A stretch of 57,838 nt of DNA, taken from assembly GCA_030650605.1 (NCBI GenBank), contig JAUSDP010000070.1, positions 1-57,838 on the forward strand, written 5' to 3'. Below, in pieces: positions 9,199 through 18,884 of the stretch. The number at the start of each line of letters is the position of its first letter. The stretch's first letter is position 1. A model generated the notes under the pieces. It saw nothing but the letters and a program-made list of their open reading frames with translations, made no database searches and was not told where the DNA came from. Both the position numbers and the translations under genes were made by a program. Source of the DNA: a bacterium (GTDB taxonomy: Bacteria > Patescibacteriota > Minisyncoccia > Phycocordibacterales > Zambryskibacteraceae).

Positions 9199-10576
9199 TC
9201 CCTTAAAAATAATTTCTGCCTTGATATTGACTCTCGGCTTTTTGATTGTTTCAAATTATAATCAGGTTCTAGCTCAAGATGCTTGTACCGACCAGATCGC
9301 TGGCAAAACCCGTACTCAGCTTGAACAAGAACTTGAAGCGTGTAACAAAGAAATTGCAGAATGGACAGCCACACTCAATAAGACCAAGAAAGATAGCGCT
9401 TCATTTACCACAGATATAGCCGTTCTGACAGCCAAGATTAATGTCGCTAAAGCCAATATCAAAGGTAAAAACATTGCTATTACAAATTTGACAAAAGACA
9501 TTGCGATAAAGCAATCAGAAATTTCCATACTTGATACTCGACTGACAAAAGGAAAGAAAGCTATCGCAGATATCCTCCGCAAAACAAACGACATCAATTC
9601 CTATTCATTAGTCGAGACTATGTTAAATGATAGGAACCTTTCTGAATTTTTTGTCGATATAGATACTTATGCCTCTACCGAGCGATCACTTGCTGTTTTA
9701 TTTACTGAATTACGCAATGTTAAAACTTTGACTGAAAAACAAAAGTCGGTGCTTAATAAAAAAAGAGAAGCTGAAGCATCTGCTCGCGCCGCCCTAGAAG
9801 CCTCAAAGAAAGAAGTGGAGGTGAACCAAGCAGAGAAAAAAACTCTTTTAGCAATTAACAAGACCAGAGAAAAAACTTATGAACAAGTTGTGGCTGACAA
9901 GCAAGCAAAAGCAGCCCAGATTCGAGCCGTACTCTTTCCCTTGCGGGATGCTGGACCCATTCCTTTTGGAACAGCTCTAGCTTATGCACAAGTAGCTAAT
10001 ACTCAAACCGGCGTCAGGGCAGCATTTATATTAGGTATATTTGCTACAGAATCTGGTAAGGGTAGTGACGGAACCTTTGGAGGAAATGTAGGTCAATGTC
10101 TTTTGACCAACACACCCAATAAGGGTGACGGGAAGGGAAAAAATACAGGGACTTTTTTCTCTCAAGTAATGAAGGGTTCCAGAGATGTAGATCCATTTTT
10201 AGAAATTACAAAAAAACTTGGAATTGACCCGTACACACGATCTGTTTCCTGCCCTCAATCAAGTGGTTATGGCGGTGCAATGGGACCTGCACAATTTATC
10301 GCATCTACATGGCAACTTATGGAACCCAGACTGATAGCGGCTCTTGGAAAAAATGTTCCTGACCCGTGGAATCCCGAAGACGCTTTCATGGCGGCAGCCT
10401 TATATCTTTCAGATCTGGGGGCAGCGGGGGGTAATTATGAAGCTGAGCGTACTGCGGCCTGCAGATACAATGGGGGCGGTAGATCTTGTAGCTCTGCGAC
10501 AGCTAGTTACGGAACTACGGTTATGAAAAATGCTGCCAAAATACAAACAGATATCGATTTCTTGCAAGGTCTCTAA
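9161..10576 (+). CDS. Coiled-coil plus lytic transglycosylase (SLT_2/MltB-like) cell-wall hydrolase
   Basis: Signal/TM segment, long coiled coil, ATES...GAMGPAQFIASTW, PWNPEDA, YN. Confidence 0.85.
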   Translation: MKATQKKKRLQLNPLKIISALILTLGFLIVSNYNQVLAQDACTDQIAGKTRTQLEQELEACNKEIAEWTATLNKTKKDSASFTTDIAVLTAKINVAKANIKGKNIAITNLTKDIAIKQSEISILDTRLTKGKKAIADILRKTNDINSYSLVETMLNDRNLSEFFVDIDTYASTERSLAVLFTELRNVKTLTEKQKSVLNKKREAEASARAALEASKKEVEVNQAEKKTLLAINKTREKTYEQVVADKQAKAAQIRAVLFPLRDAGPIPFGTALAYAQVANTQTGVRAAFILGIFATESGKGSDGTFGGNVGQCLLTNTPNKGDGKGKNTGTFFSQVMKGSRDVDPFLEITKKLGIDPYTRSVSCPQSSGYGGAMGPAQFIASTWQLMEPRLIAALGKNVPDPWNPEDAFMAAALYLSDLGAAGGNYEAERTAACRYNGGGRSCSSATASYGTTVMKNAAKIQTDIDFLQGL

Positions 10577-10599
10577 TTTTCTGATAGAATGATGATTAA

Positions 10600-10860
10600 G
10601 TGAAAAAAGAGATACACCCAACAAATTATCGACCGGTACTTTTTATTGATAATTCTGACGGTACAGAATTCATCATTCCATCAACAGTGGCTACTAAAGA
10701 GACCGCCAAAGCAAAGTCAGACAAGAAAGAATACCCAGTTTTTCGAGTGGAAATATCTTCCGCTACCCATCCTTTCTATACTGGAGAGGTACGGACACTT
10801 GATATCGCTGGTCGAGTTGAACGTTTTAAACAAAGACGCGACAAAGCTAAGAAAAAGTGA
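10600..10860 (+). CDS. rpmE2: 50S ribosomal protein L31 type B
   Basis: [25 protein letters not shown]; no Zn-binding cysteines. Confidence 0.95.
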   Translation: MKKEIHPTNYRPVLFIDNSDGTEFIIPSTVATKETAKAKSDKKEYPVFRVEISSATHPFYTGEVRTLDIAGRVERFKQRRDKAKKK

Positions 10861-11750
10861 GTTTTGATATAGACAAATATAAAAATAATCCTAAGACTGC
10901 CTACTTGGCACAAGCTTTTTTGCGTTTATCACCAGAAGATGAGGAGTCAAAGCAACTAATGTTAGCTGAGATGGAAAATATTTTTTCGTCAGAAAAAATG
11001 CAGGAAAACAATGAGATTGCTAATGAAATTATTTTAGAAGTGCGTGCTGGTGCTGGTGGGGAAGAAGCAGCACTTTTTGCCAAAGAATTGGCTAATATGT
11101 ACATTCTCTATGCAGGCTTGAGAAATTGGAATGCGATGATTCTTTACGCATCTACAAGTGCGCTCGACGGTTACAAGGAGGCTGCAATAGAAATTAAAGG
11201 GAAAGGGGTCTATGAAAAACTGCGTTTCGAGACAGGTGTACATCGTATCCAAAGAGTACCAGAAACCGAGAAGATGGGCCGGGTACATACTTCCACCGCC
11301 TCTGTGGCCATACTTCCCATTCGTAAAAAAACAAAGTTTGAAATAAAACCGGCAGATCTTCATATAGAATTCTCTCGCTCTGGAGGTGCAGGAGGACAAA
11401 ATGTTAATAAAGTAGAAACAGCAGTAAGAATTGTTCATAAACCAACAGGTATCGAAGTACGCTCAACTGCCGAAAGAAGTCAACTCAAGAACCGTGAGAA
11501 AGCTATGAGTATTTTATCCGCTAAACTGGAAGCGAAATTAGAAGAGGAGGATGCAGCAAAACATTCTCTCAATAGAAAAACTCAAATTGGTACCGCTGAT
11601 CGCTCGGAAAAAATTCGCACCTATAATATTCTCCAAGATCGTATTACCGACCACCGTATCAAAAAATCTTGGCACAATATTGAGAAAATTATGAAAGGGG
11701 AAATCGAACCCATAATAGATACAGTGGGGAAATGTTTGTCTGTTGTATAA
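10857..11750 (+). CDS. prfA: Peptide chain release factor 1 (short N-domain)
   Basis: GGQ, VQRVPETE-type PET motif, RSEKIRTYN. Confidence 0.9.
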   Translation: MSFDIDKYKNNPKTAYLAQAFLRLSPEDEESKQLMLAEMENIFSSEKMQENNEIANEIILEVRAGAGGEEAALFAKELANMYILYAGLRNWNAMILYASTSALDGYKEAAIEIKGKGVYEKLRFETGVHRIQRVPETEKMGRVHTSTASVAILPIRKKTKFEIKPADLHIEFSRSGGAGGQNVNKVETAVRIVHKPTGIEVRSTAERSQLKNREKAMSILSAKLEAKLEEEDAAKHSLNRKTQIGTADRSEKIRTYNILQDRITDHRIKKSWHNIEKIMKGEIEPIIDTVGKCLSVV

Positions 11751-11780
11751 AATCACTCTTTCTGTTAAACTTGAACGACT

Positions 11781-12512
11781 GTGGAAAAAACGGACCATAC
11801 GATAAAGAATACTGAACAGGCCATGATTAAGGCTCTTTTTTCTGTTGGAGCTCATTTTGGTTTTGTGAAATCTAGAAGACATCCTTCGGTCGCACCATTC
11901 ATTTTTGGTTCAAAAAACAATTTTGAAATCTTCGATCTGGAAAAAACAAATAAAGCGCTCGAGAAAGCGCTCGCTTTTGTCGAAGAGAAAGGTCGTGAAG
12001 GAGTGAAGGCTCTTTTGGTTGGAGGTAAGAGTGAAGCAAGAGAGGCTATTCAAAAGGCCGGCATGGAACTTGAGATGCCATTTGTGGCTGGGCGTTGGAT
12101 TGGAGGTACTCTCTCGAATTTTTCTGAAATTAAAAAACGTATCGCTAAGCTTGAAGAACTGCTTGAACAGAGAGAAAAGGGTGAACTTAATAAATACACA
12201 AAAAAAGAGCAAATACTCGTCGATCGTAAAATTGACAAACTTACGATATATTTCAAGGGTCTTTCTCAGATGAAATCATTACCAAAATTTCTAGTCATCA
12301 TAGATCCAAAAAAAGAATACACAGCAGTTGCCGAGGCACGTAAAATGCATATTCCTATCGTCGCTGTAGCTGGATCTGACTCTAACCTCTATGAATTGGA
12401 CTATGCTATCCCCTGTAATGATTCGTCAAGACAAAGTATCGCCTTTATCCTTAAAGAAATCAGTTCTGCCTATAATAAAGGAAGGAAAACAGAAATAAAC
12501 ACAAAAGAATAA
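11781..12512 (+). CDS. rpsB: 30S ribosomal protein S2
   Basis: GAHFG, RWIGGTLSN and PCNDSS motifs. Confidence 0.95.
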   Translation: MEKTDHTIKNTEQAMIKALFSVGAHFGFVKSRRHPSVAPFIFGSKNNFEIFDLEKTNKALEKALAFVEEKGREGVKALLVGGKSEAREAIQKAGMELEMPFVAGRWIGGTLSNFSEIKKRIAKLEELLEQREKGELNKYTKKEQILVDRKIDKLTIYFKGLSQMKSLPKFLVIIDPKKEYTAVAEARKMHIPIVAVAGSDSNLYELDYAIPCNDSSRQSIAFILKEISSAYNKGRKTEINTKE

Positions 12513-12528
12513 TTATCAAGTTACAACG

Positions 12529-12978
12529 ATGATTACTATTGAAGAAATCAAAGCTCTACGCGAAGAGACTGGCCTATCTATCATGGAGTGCCGTAAAGCA
12601 CTCGACAAAGCAGGTGGAGATAAAGACAAAGCCATAGCGCTACTCAAGAAGAGAGGAGTTGAGATTGCCGCCAAGAAAGGAAATCGAACCCTCGGGGCTG
12701 GCGTGGTCGTTGCTTATATCCATGCCGGAGAAACAATTGGAGTAATACTAGAATTTCTATGTGAGACAGATTTTGTGGCTAAAAATCCTGAATTTAAATT
12801 AGTAGCCAGAGATATTGCAATGCATATAGCGGCCATGAATCCAGCAGATACGACCATGCTTCTTGAACAACCTTTTATTAAAGACGCTGGACAAAAAATA
12901 GGTGATCTTATAAATAATACTGTACAAAAATTTGGCGAACGGACCGAGGTGGGTCATTTTGTACGTTTTTCTATATGA
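12529..12978 (+). CDS. tsf: Elongation factor Ts (short form)
   Basis: LREETG, CETDFVAKN; follows rpsB. Confidence 0.95.
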   Translation: MITIEEIKALREETGLSIMECRKALDKAGGDKDKAIALLKKRGVEIAAKKGNRTLGAGVVVAYIHAGETIGVILEFLCETDFVAKNPEFKLVARDIAMHIAAMNPADTTMLLEQPFIKDAGQKIGDLINNTVQKFGERTEVGHFVRFSI

Positions 12979-13424
12979 CACCCGTAGTTATCTTTAGTAT
13001 CTCTGGTCTAGCAATGATACTGCTTGTAACGACTAAAAAATTAGGAGAAGGAAGAAAAAAGTGTTTCTTTATTTTAAACATTATATCGAGAGGGGATATT
13101 CATATTCGGAGATTTTATCATCACATAATTTATTATTATTCTGTAGGTAAAGAACAAATATTGTTTCTTATAAAAAAACAGATTCCTATACACTCAAAGA
13201 ATGCTTTTAATAAATTGCTTACGTTCTTGAAAGAAAAAAAGGGACAATATATTGTCAGTATGCGGGATTCAAGATTATTGAGGAAACAGGATGGTATTTC
13301 TGAATTCTTTAAAAATATATCCGAAATTAAAAAGGAAAATGGGGAAATACATGATGTTTGTGAAAATGCCAGCCCGAACGACTGTTCGGTCGAGCTGGGT
13401 TCTCAAGATGATAAAAAAGAGTAA
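12975..13424 (+). CDS. Hypothetical membrane-anchored protein
   Basis: N-terminal hydrophobic segment; start overlaps the tsf stop. Confidence 0.6.
   Translation: MTPVVIFSISGLAMILLVTTKKLGEGRKKCFFILNIISRGDIHIRRFYHHIIYYYSVGKEQILFLIKKQIPIHSKNAFNKLLTFLKEKKGQYIVSMRDSRLLRKQDGISEFFKNISEIKKENGEIHDVCENASPNDCSVELGSQDDKKE
13369..13398 (+). repeat. Hairpin element family D, in-frame
   Basis: CCAGCCCGAACGACTGTTCGGTCGAGCTGG; related to 50295-50330. Confidence 0.75.
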
Positions 13425-13456
13425 GTATTATTACAACTTCTCTTTTAACAGATAGT

Positions 13457-14054
13457 ATGAAGTCTAAATTTGACCCAAATTTCATAAATAAAAAAGTTCA
13501 GGCAGAAATTGATTATTTTCTTAAAGAAGAACCTACTCTAAAAATTGACGTTGAATATGTATATAAAATAGGAACGCCTGATAGGCCAAAAGCATATCTC
13601 ATGTTGCGGTTTGCTAAAGTTCTTAATATAGATCAAGAAAGAATAATGCCTTTTATAATGGTTGCTGATTTAATGATGGCAGCAGTAATGAATGATGATG
13701 AAATTATTGATGATAGTACCGGGAGATAATTACAAAAACGGAGCGAGAATGGAAGATTACTTTACTCATCAGCCTAATTTGGTTCTGTTGCTTACTGGTA
13801 TATCCAATAAGTTAAGTACTGAAGAAAAATCATGGTTTTATAATAATTGGATAAATTTAGTTAACAAAGATAATAGAAAAGCTGTTTCAAAAACAGTAAT
13901 AGAGCTTATTTCTAAAACAGAGGCTATTAATAAAGCAAGGGAGGAATTAAAAAAGATAAAGGAGAAACTTCAAATATCACTTTTAGATCTCCCCAATGAA
14001 GAATTCAAACAAAACATGTCTAAATGGGCATTTCGGTCTTTTCCAATAGACTAG
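13457..14054 (+). pseudogene. Polyprenyl synthetase-like pseudogene (frameshift, probable internal deletion)
   Basis: DRPK...DDEIIDDS (first Asp-rich motif), then a frame change into a C-terminal segment; far too short for an intact enzyme. Confidence 0.6.
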
Positions 14055-14086
14055 TAATTTTTAAATAGTGAATATGCCTAAACGAC

Positions 14087-14115
14087 CCCTGCTAGAACGA
14101 TCCGGTCGGGTAGGG
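14087..14115 (+). repeat. Degenerate family D element
   Basis: CCCTGCTAGAACGATCCGGTCGGGTAGGG. Confidence 0.6.
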
Positions 14116-14153
14116 TTCTCAAAACATCAAAGAAAAGGTAAAGTGATGTAGTT

Positions 14154-14228
14154 GCCGAGGTAGCTTAGTGGTAAAGCAGCTGTTTTGTAAACAGCAGACC
14201 GGAGGTTCAAATCCTCTCCTCGGCTCCA
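14154..14228 (+). tRNA. tRNA-Thr(TGT)
   Basis: GCCGAGG/CCTCGGC acceptor, GCTGT-TTTGTAA-ACAGC anticodon arm, GGTTCAAATCC T arm, encoded CCA. Confidence 0.97.
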
Positions 14229-14297
14229 AGACAGAACTCAAAGATTTTTTAGAAATGTAGACCAGTATCCACCAGTATATAGTGGTATAGTTTATTT

Positions 14298-14729
14298 ATG
14301 AAAGTTACAAGATTTTGTGTAAATTGTGACATTGGTTTGATATCTCGACATAAGATAAAATTTTGTTCTAATAAGTGTCAGATGAGATATCAACACTTGC
14401 AATGGGTAGAGACTTGGAAAAGTGGAAGAAAGGATGGAAGCATAGGCATAACTGCAAGAAACTTTTCTAAACATTTAAAAATATATCTAGTCAAAAAATT
14501 TAATAACAAATGCTGTGTTTGCGGATGGAGCAAAAAACACCCAATCACTAGCGTTGTACCATTAGAAATTGATCATATAGATGGGAACTCTGAAAATAAT
14601 ATAGAAAAGAATTTACGACTAATATGTCCCAACTGTCATGCCCTTACACCCTTTTATAAAAATATGAATAGAGGAAAAGGTAGAAAGTGGAGAATGAATA
14701 AATATATCAAAAACTCTCGCTTGACTTAA
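14298..14729 (+). CDS. HNH endonuclease with N-terminal Zn-finger
   Basis: CVNC/CSNKC, CCVC, LEIDHIDGNSENN...CPNCH. Confidence 0.9.
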   Translation: MKVTRFCVNCDIGLISRHKIKFCSNKCQMRYQHLQWVETWKSGRKDGSIGITARNFSKHLKIYLVKKFNNKCCVCGWSKKHPITSVVPLEIDHIDGNSENNIEKNLRLICPNCHALTPFYKNMNRGKGRKWRMNKYIKNSRLT

Positions 14730-14738
14730 TTTCACTTT

Positions 14739-14776
14739 TTACAAAAGTGTTGCTCTACCAACTGAGCTAAGGTGGC
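14739..14776 (-). pseudogene. 5' half of a second tRNA-Thr(TGT)
   Basis: GCCACCTTAGCTCAGTTGGTAGAGCAACACTTTTGTAA on the minus strand; no T arm or 3' acceptor strand found nearby. Confidence 0.8.
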
Positions 14777-14837
14777 AATCTGTACTAGTTTACATTTTAA
14801 AACTAATCGAGCAAGAAGTCTTTAATACAGAGACATA

Positions 14838-15740
14838 CTAAAATATTGTAATTAAACTAGCACCACATATGATAATAATAATTCCTAATAATTTTGTAGC
14901 AATATTAAAACCGTCAAATTGTTCCTTAAGAAATTCGGGTTTGTATAAACTAAGACCAAGAGCATAGACAAATGTAAACATGGGCTGAGTGGCGACTATG
15001 GCAACAACCAATGAAACTGGGCCTAGCGACAATGCTGCATAAAAAAATATCTCCGCAATGTAATATAAAATTGAAACCACCAATATCATTAAAAAGGCTT
15101 TCATTTTCATAATTTGCATATCTGCCCAAAATTCTCTTCTTATTTTTGGAAAGCCCAATAGTGACAAAGAGCTTATTACACTACCTATACTGGCCCAGAA
15201 AAAGAAAGACCAAAAATCTATATAGTTAAAAGAATAATCACTAATGATGTCACCAATAGCAAACAGGAAGGAAAATATAATTATAAACCCAATAGCTCTG
15301 GAAATAACTATTTTCTTTTGTTTCTTATGCGAAATAACAAATGCCCCTATAACAATTAACAATATTCCCCAATAACCCAGAAATGATAATTTTTCTCCAA
15401 ATAGAACAAAAGATAGAATTGCTACAAAGATAGGAGAAATCCATTCCAAAGAAGCAATTCTAGAAGCTTCTTCCTCAATTATCGCTTTATTATAAAATAT
15501 AAGAGAGACAACTGTTAACGCACCAAATAAAAGTGCAACGACAGAAAAAACCGGGTCAAAATGAACACGAGCAAAAAGTGGGATCAAAATAACCGGTAGA
15601 ATATCATTCATGTTCGTCAATAAATTGTATGAATGGGCACTTTTTAATTTATTAGTTAAAATATGCTTATCTAAAATATTGTCTAATGCCCACAACATTG
15701 CGGCAACAAAAGAGAAGGAAATCCAGATGTACGTACTCAT
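14838..15740 (-). CDS. EamA/DMT-family transporter
   Basis: About 300 aa, about 10 TM helices, two repeats; GPVSLV. Confidence 0.85.
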   Translation of the reverse strand: MSTYIWISFSFVAAMLWALDNILDKHILTNKLKSAHSYNLLTNMNDILPVILIPLFARVHFDPVFSVVALLFGALTVVSLIFYNKAIIEEEASRIASLEWISPIFVAILSFVLFGEKLSFLGYWGILLIVIGAFVISHKKQKKIVISRAIGFIIIFSFLFAIGDIISDYSFNYIDFWSFFFWASIGSVISSLSLLGFPKIRREFWADMQIMKMKAFLMILVVSILYYIAEIFFYAALSLGPVSLVVAIVATQPMFTFVYALGLSLYKPEFLKEQFDGFNIATKLLGIIIIICGASLITIF

Positions 15741-15750
15741 ATATTAATGC

Positions 15751-16446
15751 TTAATCTATGGTGGATGTTGAGGTGGCGGATTTTTCAAGAGCCTTAGCTC
15801 TACGGGCTAGTTCTTTGATGGCAGGTACCGTTTTCTCTAAATCTTCGACGGAATGAAAGCCATAGTATGCAAGACCATTAATAATTAGGGCTGGTAGGTC
15901 TGATTTAACTTTATAAATAGAAACAAGAGTCTTAATAGCTCCGACATCGAAATGATAATCGAATGAATACACTCTTAGGTCAGGATATTTGTCTCGAAGT
16001 GCTGTTAGGACATAACCTGTTTTTTGACAATCTTCACATGTTTCTTGTGTTGAATAGAAATAGAGTATGAATGTTGGTTTAATGCCACATTTCTCCGTCA
16101 ATCGTTTCATCAAAAGATAATCTTTGATTTCCAGTAAGAAATATGAACGTTTTAAATATTCAAGGTCACCAGCATTAAATTCGGTTTGGTTTTCAGCGTA
16201 AGTAAGCTTTTCTCCAATAGAACCGAGTTCTTTTGAAAGAAAACCTGGGCCGATATCTCGACAAGAAGTTTCTTCAAGAAGAGCAAATTGAGTTTCCGAT
16301 GAAAGGATATCAAGCGCGACTCGATTCTCAATTGCACGAACATCCTCAAGCTTCTTTTGACCTATAGTATTTGATAAAAAAATCGCTGTCCCAAAAATAA
16401 CGGCAGTTATAGTAAGAGCCACAATGTATTTTTTTGAATCAATCAT
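15751..16446 (-). CDS. Membrane-anchored thioredoxin-fold protein
   Basis: N-terminal TM, LYFYS...CEDC, LPALIING. Confidence 0.65.
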   Translation of the reverse strand: MIDSKKYIVALTITAVIFGTAIFLSNTIGQKKLEDVRAIENRVALDILSSETQFALLEETSCRDIGPGFLSKELGSIGEKLTYAENQTEFNAGDLEYLKRSYFLLEIKDYLLMKRLTEKCGIKPTFILYFYSTQETCEDCQKTGYVLTALRDKYPDLRVYSFDYHFDVGAIKTLVSIYKVKSDLPALIINGLAYYGFHSVEDLEKTVPAIKELARRAKALEKSATSTSTID

Positions 16447-16454
16447 CTATCGAA

Positions 16455-17696
16455 TTATTTCCAATTTATCTGCTTTCTGAAAATAGTGCTGTAAACTGCT
16501 TTCGTTAACCATATGGGTACAATAAAAATGTAAATTATCAAGTAATAGAAAATTCCTCTAGTAAATTTAAATTTTCCATCAGCTAGTTTGATAGAAAGAT
16601 ACAGTATAATAAGAATTAATAAAGTAGCACTCCAGGTTAGAAACGACACAATACCAGTATTGATAAAAAACCAATCAAAGGTGGGGGACTTCCAAGTGAA
16701 TCCTACGGTTTGAAACTTCACCAAAGTGTTAAAGGCGCTAGTAAGATTATTCAAAACAGCACGACCGGCAATATAGAGAGTAGAAAAAATTGAAGAAGTG
16801 GCAATGGGCAAAATAAAAAGACCGATGTTACCATATTTTTTGTTAAAAAACATTTCTTTATAATCTATAGCATTGTTTAGAAAGCCATATGTCCAACGCA
16901 CCCTTTGTTTATAAAGTGCTGGAAATTTTATGGGCGCAGATGTATAAACATGAGCACTGTGAGCATTTACTATTTTATAATGATTTTTCTGTAAGCGTAG
17001 AGCCATCTCCAAATCCTCGGTATGATGTGCTTCTCGATAACCACCAAGCTCCCGAAACACTCGGGTACGAAAGATGGAAAATGGTCCAGGAGTCACATAA
17101 AGCGCCCCGAGAGATGAGAGCATACGACGGAGAAAAATACCCCAACTGTATTCAATTTTCTGGACATATTGCAAAACACTCTGCGGTTCAAATACTTTTA
17201 TCGAGGGAGTTACAGCCATAGTATTAACATCATCAAAAAATAACACAATCTTTTTAAGTGCATCAGGATTAACAAAAGAATCAGCATCAAGACACCCCAC
17301 TAAATCACTTTGAACTTGTTCTAGCGCAAGATTAAGCGCGGTATGCTTACCACCATTCTTTTTCGATAAGATGCTGATTTGAGGGTGACTCTCAAATCGA
17401 GCAAGGTGATAACGTGTTTCATCGGTCGAACCATCATCGACAGCAATAATAGAAAGTTTTTCCTTCGGATAATCCAGATTGAGAAGTGAGCGGATGGTGT
17501 TGTCGACAGTATTCTCCTCGTTGAAACAAGGCACAATAATAGTCACGGTTGGAAAGCGTGTAATATTCTTTCCAAGGTGTTGTTCTTCCAGATTCAACTC
17601 CTCCCTCACCTCAAGATAGGTAATTAAAAGAAAGACCTCAAAGAAAAGTGAGACAAAAAGAGAACAATACAGAATTAGCGTTTGAATTTCGGCCAT
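16455..17696 (-). CDS. GT2 processive glycosyltransferase (PgaC/IcaA-like)
   Basis: DDGSTD, DAD, TED and QRVRW motifs; TM helices. Confidence 0.9.
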   Translation of the reverse strand: MAEIQTLILYCSLFVSLFFEVFLLITYLEVREELNLEEQHLGKNITRFPTVTIIVPCFNEENTVDNTIRSLLNLDYPKEKLSIIAVDDGSTDETRYHLARFESHPQISILSKKNGGKHTALNLALEQVQSDLVGCLDADSFVNPDALKKIVLFFDDVNTMAVTPSIKVFEPQSVLQYVQKIEYSWGIFLRRMLSSLGALYVTPGPFSIFRTRVFRELGGYREAHHTEDLEMALRLQKNHYKIVNAHSAHVYTSAPIKFPALYKQRVRWTYGFLNNAIDYKEMFFNKKYGNIGLFILPIATSSIFSTLYIAGRAVLNNLTSAFNTLVKFQTVGFTWKSPTFDWFFINTGIVSFLTWSATLLILIILYLSIKLADGKFKFTRGIFYYLIIYIFIVPIWLTKAVYSTIFRKQINWK

Positions 17697-17733
17697 TTGC
17701 GATAAAGTTTATTATACCATATTATATAAAATA

Positions 17734-18882
17734 ATGTCTGAAAATATAGTTATAAAATCAGAGGAGGAAGAGAGGTTACGGAAAGATCTTGTAAATAGGC
17801 ATGATTCTGAGTCAGAGCGCTTGAAACGCTTCTTAAACATGCCGGATTTATCCCGTATATCCGGAAATCCGTTAAATGAGTTGATAGAACGTTTGGTAAA
17901 TTTACCGGAATTTAGAAACTTTGACACCATTGAATCTCCAGAAATAGTTGACACAAAGATCAGCTTTGATATTTTTAATACACCCAAAAATCATCCTAGT
18001 AGATCAAGAACAGATACATATTATGTAGATGATAATCATATCTTGCGAACCCAAACAACTGTCATGTGGTATTACCATGTTTCAAATGAGATAGTTAAAG
18101 AACGGATCAAGAATAACGAATCGATTGGAGCACTTTCTTACGGTAAAGTATATCGTAAAGATGAAATAGACCGTCATCATATGAATGTATTTCATCAGAT
18201 AGATGGCTGGTACTTGGTTCCACGCAAGCAAAAGATTATAAACATCCAAGATCTTCAAAACATTTTGGTAAAAATTGCCCAAGCAATTTTCGGTGATCAA
18301 ATAAAATATCGTTTTAATGAAGATATTTTTCCTTTCACCGATCCATCAATTGAAATGGAAATAGAGAAAGATGGGAAATGGATAGAGGTCTTAGGATCAG
18401 GAGTAGTACATAAAAATGTTTTAAACAATTTAGGTATCAATCCAGAAAAATATACTGGTTGGGCTTTTGGATTCGGGCTAGAGCGACTAGCAATAATCTC
18501 AATGGATTTACCAGATATACGTCTGCTTTGGTCACCAGACGAAAGAGTCAAAAAGCAATTAAAACTTGGCCAAAAATATCAAGGGGTTTCCAAGTTTCCT
18601 CCAATCGTTCGCGACATCTCTTTTGTGGTAGATAAAGATTTTGTGCCTAATGACTACTTTGATATCATTCGTGATATCGGTGGTAACTTGATAGAACAAG
18701 TAGAGCTTTTAGATAAATACGAAAATGTTGAAAAATTCGGTAGAGATAAATTAAGTTACACCTTCCGCATCACTTATCGAAGTCTTGAGAGGACATTAAC
18801 TAACACGGAAGTCAGTACTTTGCATACCAAATTAGAGGACAAAACTACTTCTGATTTCAAGGCTGAAATACGTAGGGATTAA
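17734..18882 (+). CDS. pheS: Phenylalanine-tRNA ligase, alpha catalytic domain fused to FDX-ACB
   Basis: HPSR, LRTQT, FHQIDG, FPFTDPS, GFGLERL, then SKFPPIVRDISF anticodon-binding domain. Confidence 0.92.
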   Translation: MSENIVIKSEEEERLRKDLVNRHDSESERLKRFLNMPDLSRISGNPLNELIERLVNLPEFRNFDTIESPEIVDTKISFDIFNTPKNHPSRSRTDTYYVDDNHILRTQTTVMWYYHVSNEIVKERIKNNESIGALSYGKVYRKDEIDRHHMNVFHQIDGWYLVPRKQKIINIQDLQNILVKIAQAIFGDQIKYRFNEDIFPFTDPSIEMEIEKDGKWIEVLGSGVVHKNVLNNLGINPEKYTGWAFGFGLERLAIISMDLPDIRLLWSPDERVKKQLKLGQKYQGVSKFPPIVRDISFVVDKDFVPNDYFDIIRDIGGNLIEQVELLDKYENVEKFGRDKLSYTFRITYRSLERTLTNTEVSTLHTKLEDKTTSDFKAEIRRD

Positions 18883-18884
18883 AA

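Noticed and set aside
14229-14776. Group I intron-split tRNA-Thr with an intron-encoded HNH
   Set aside because: No 3' exon was found, the HNH is antisense to the half tRNA, and there is no room for an intron core.
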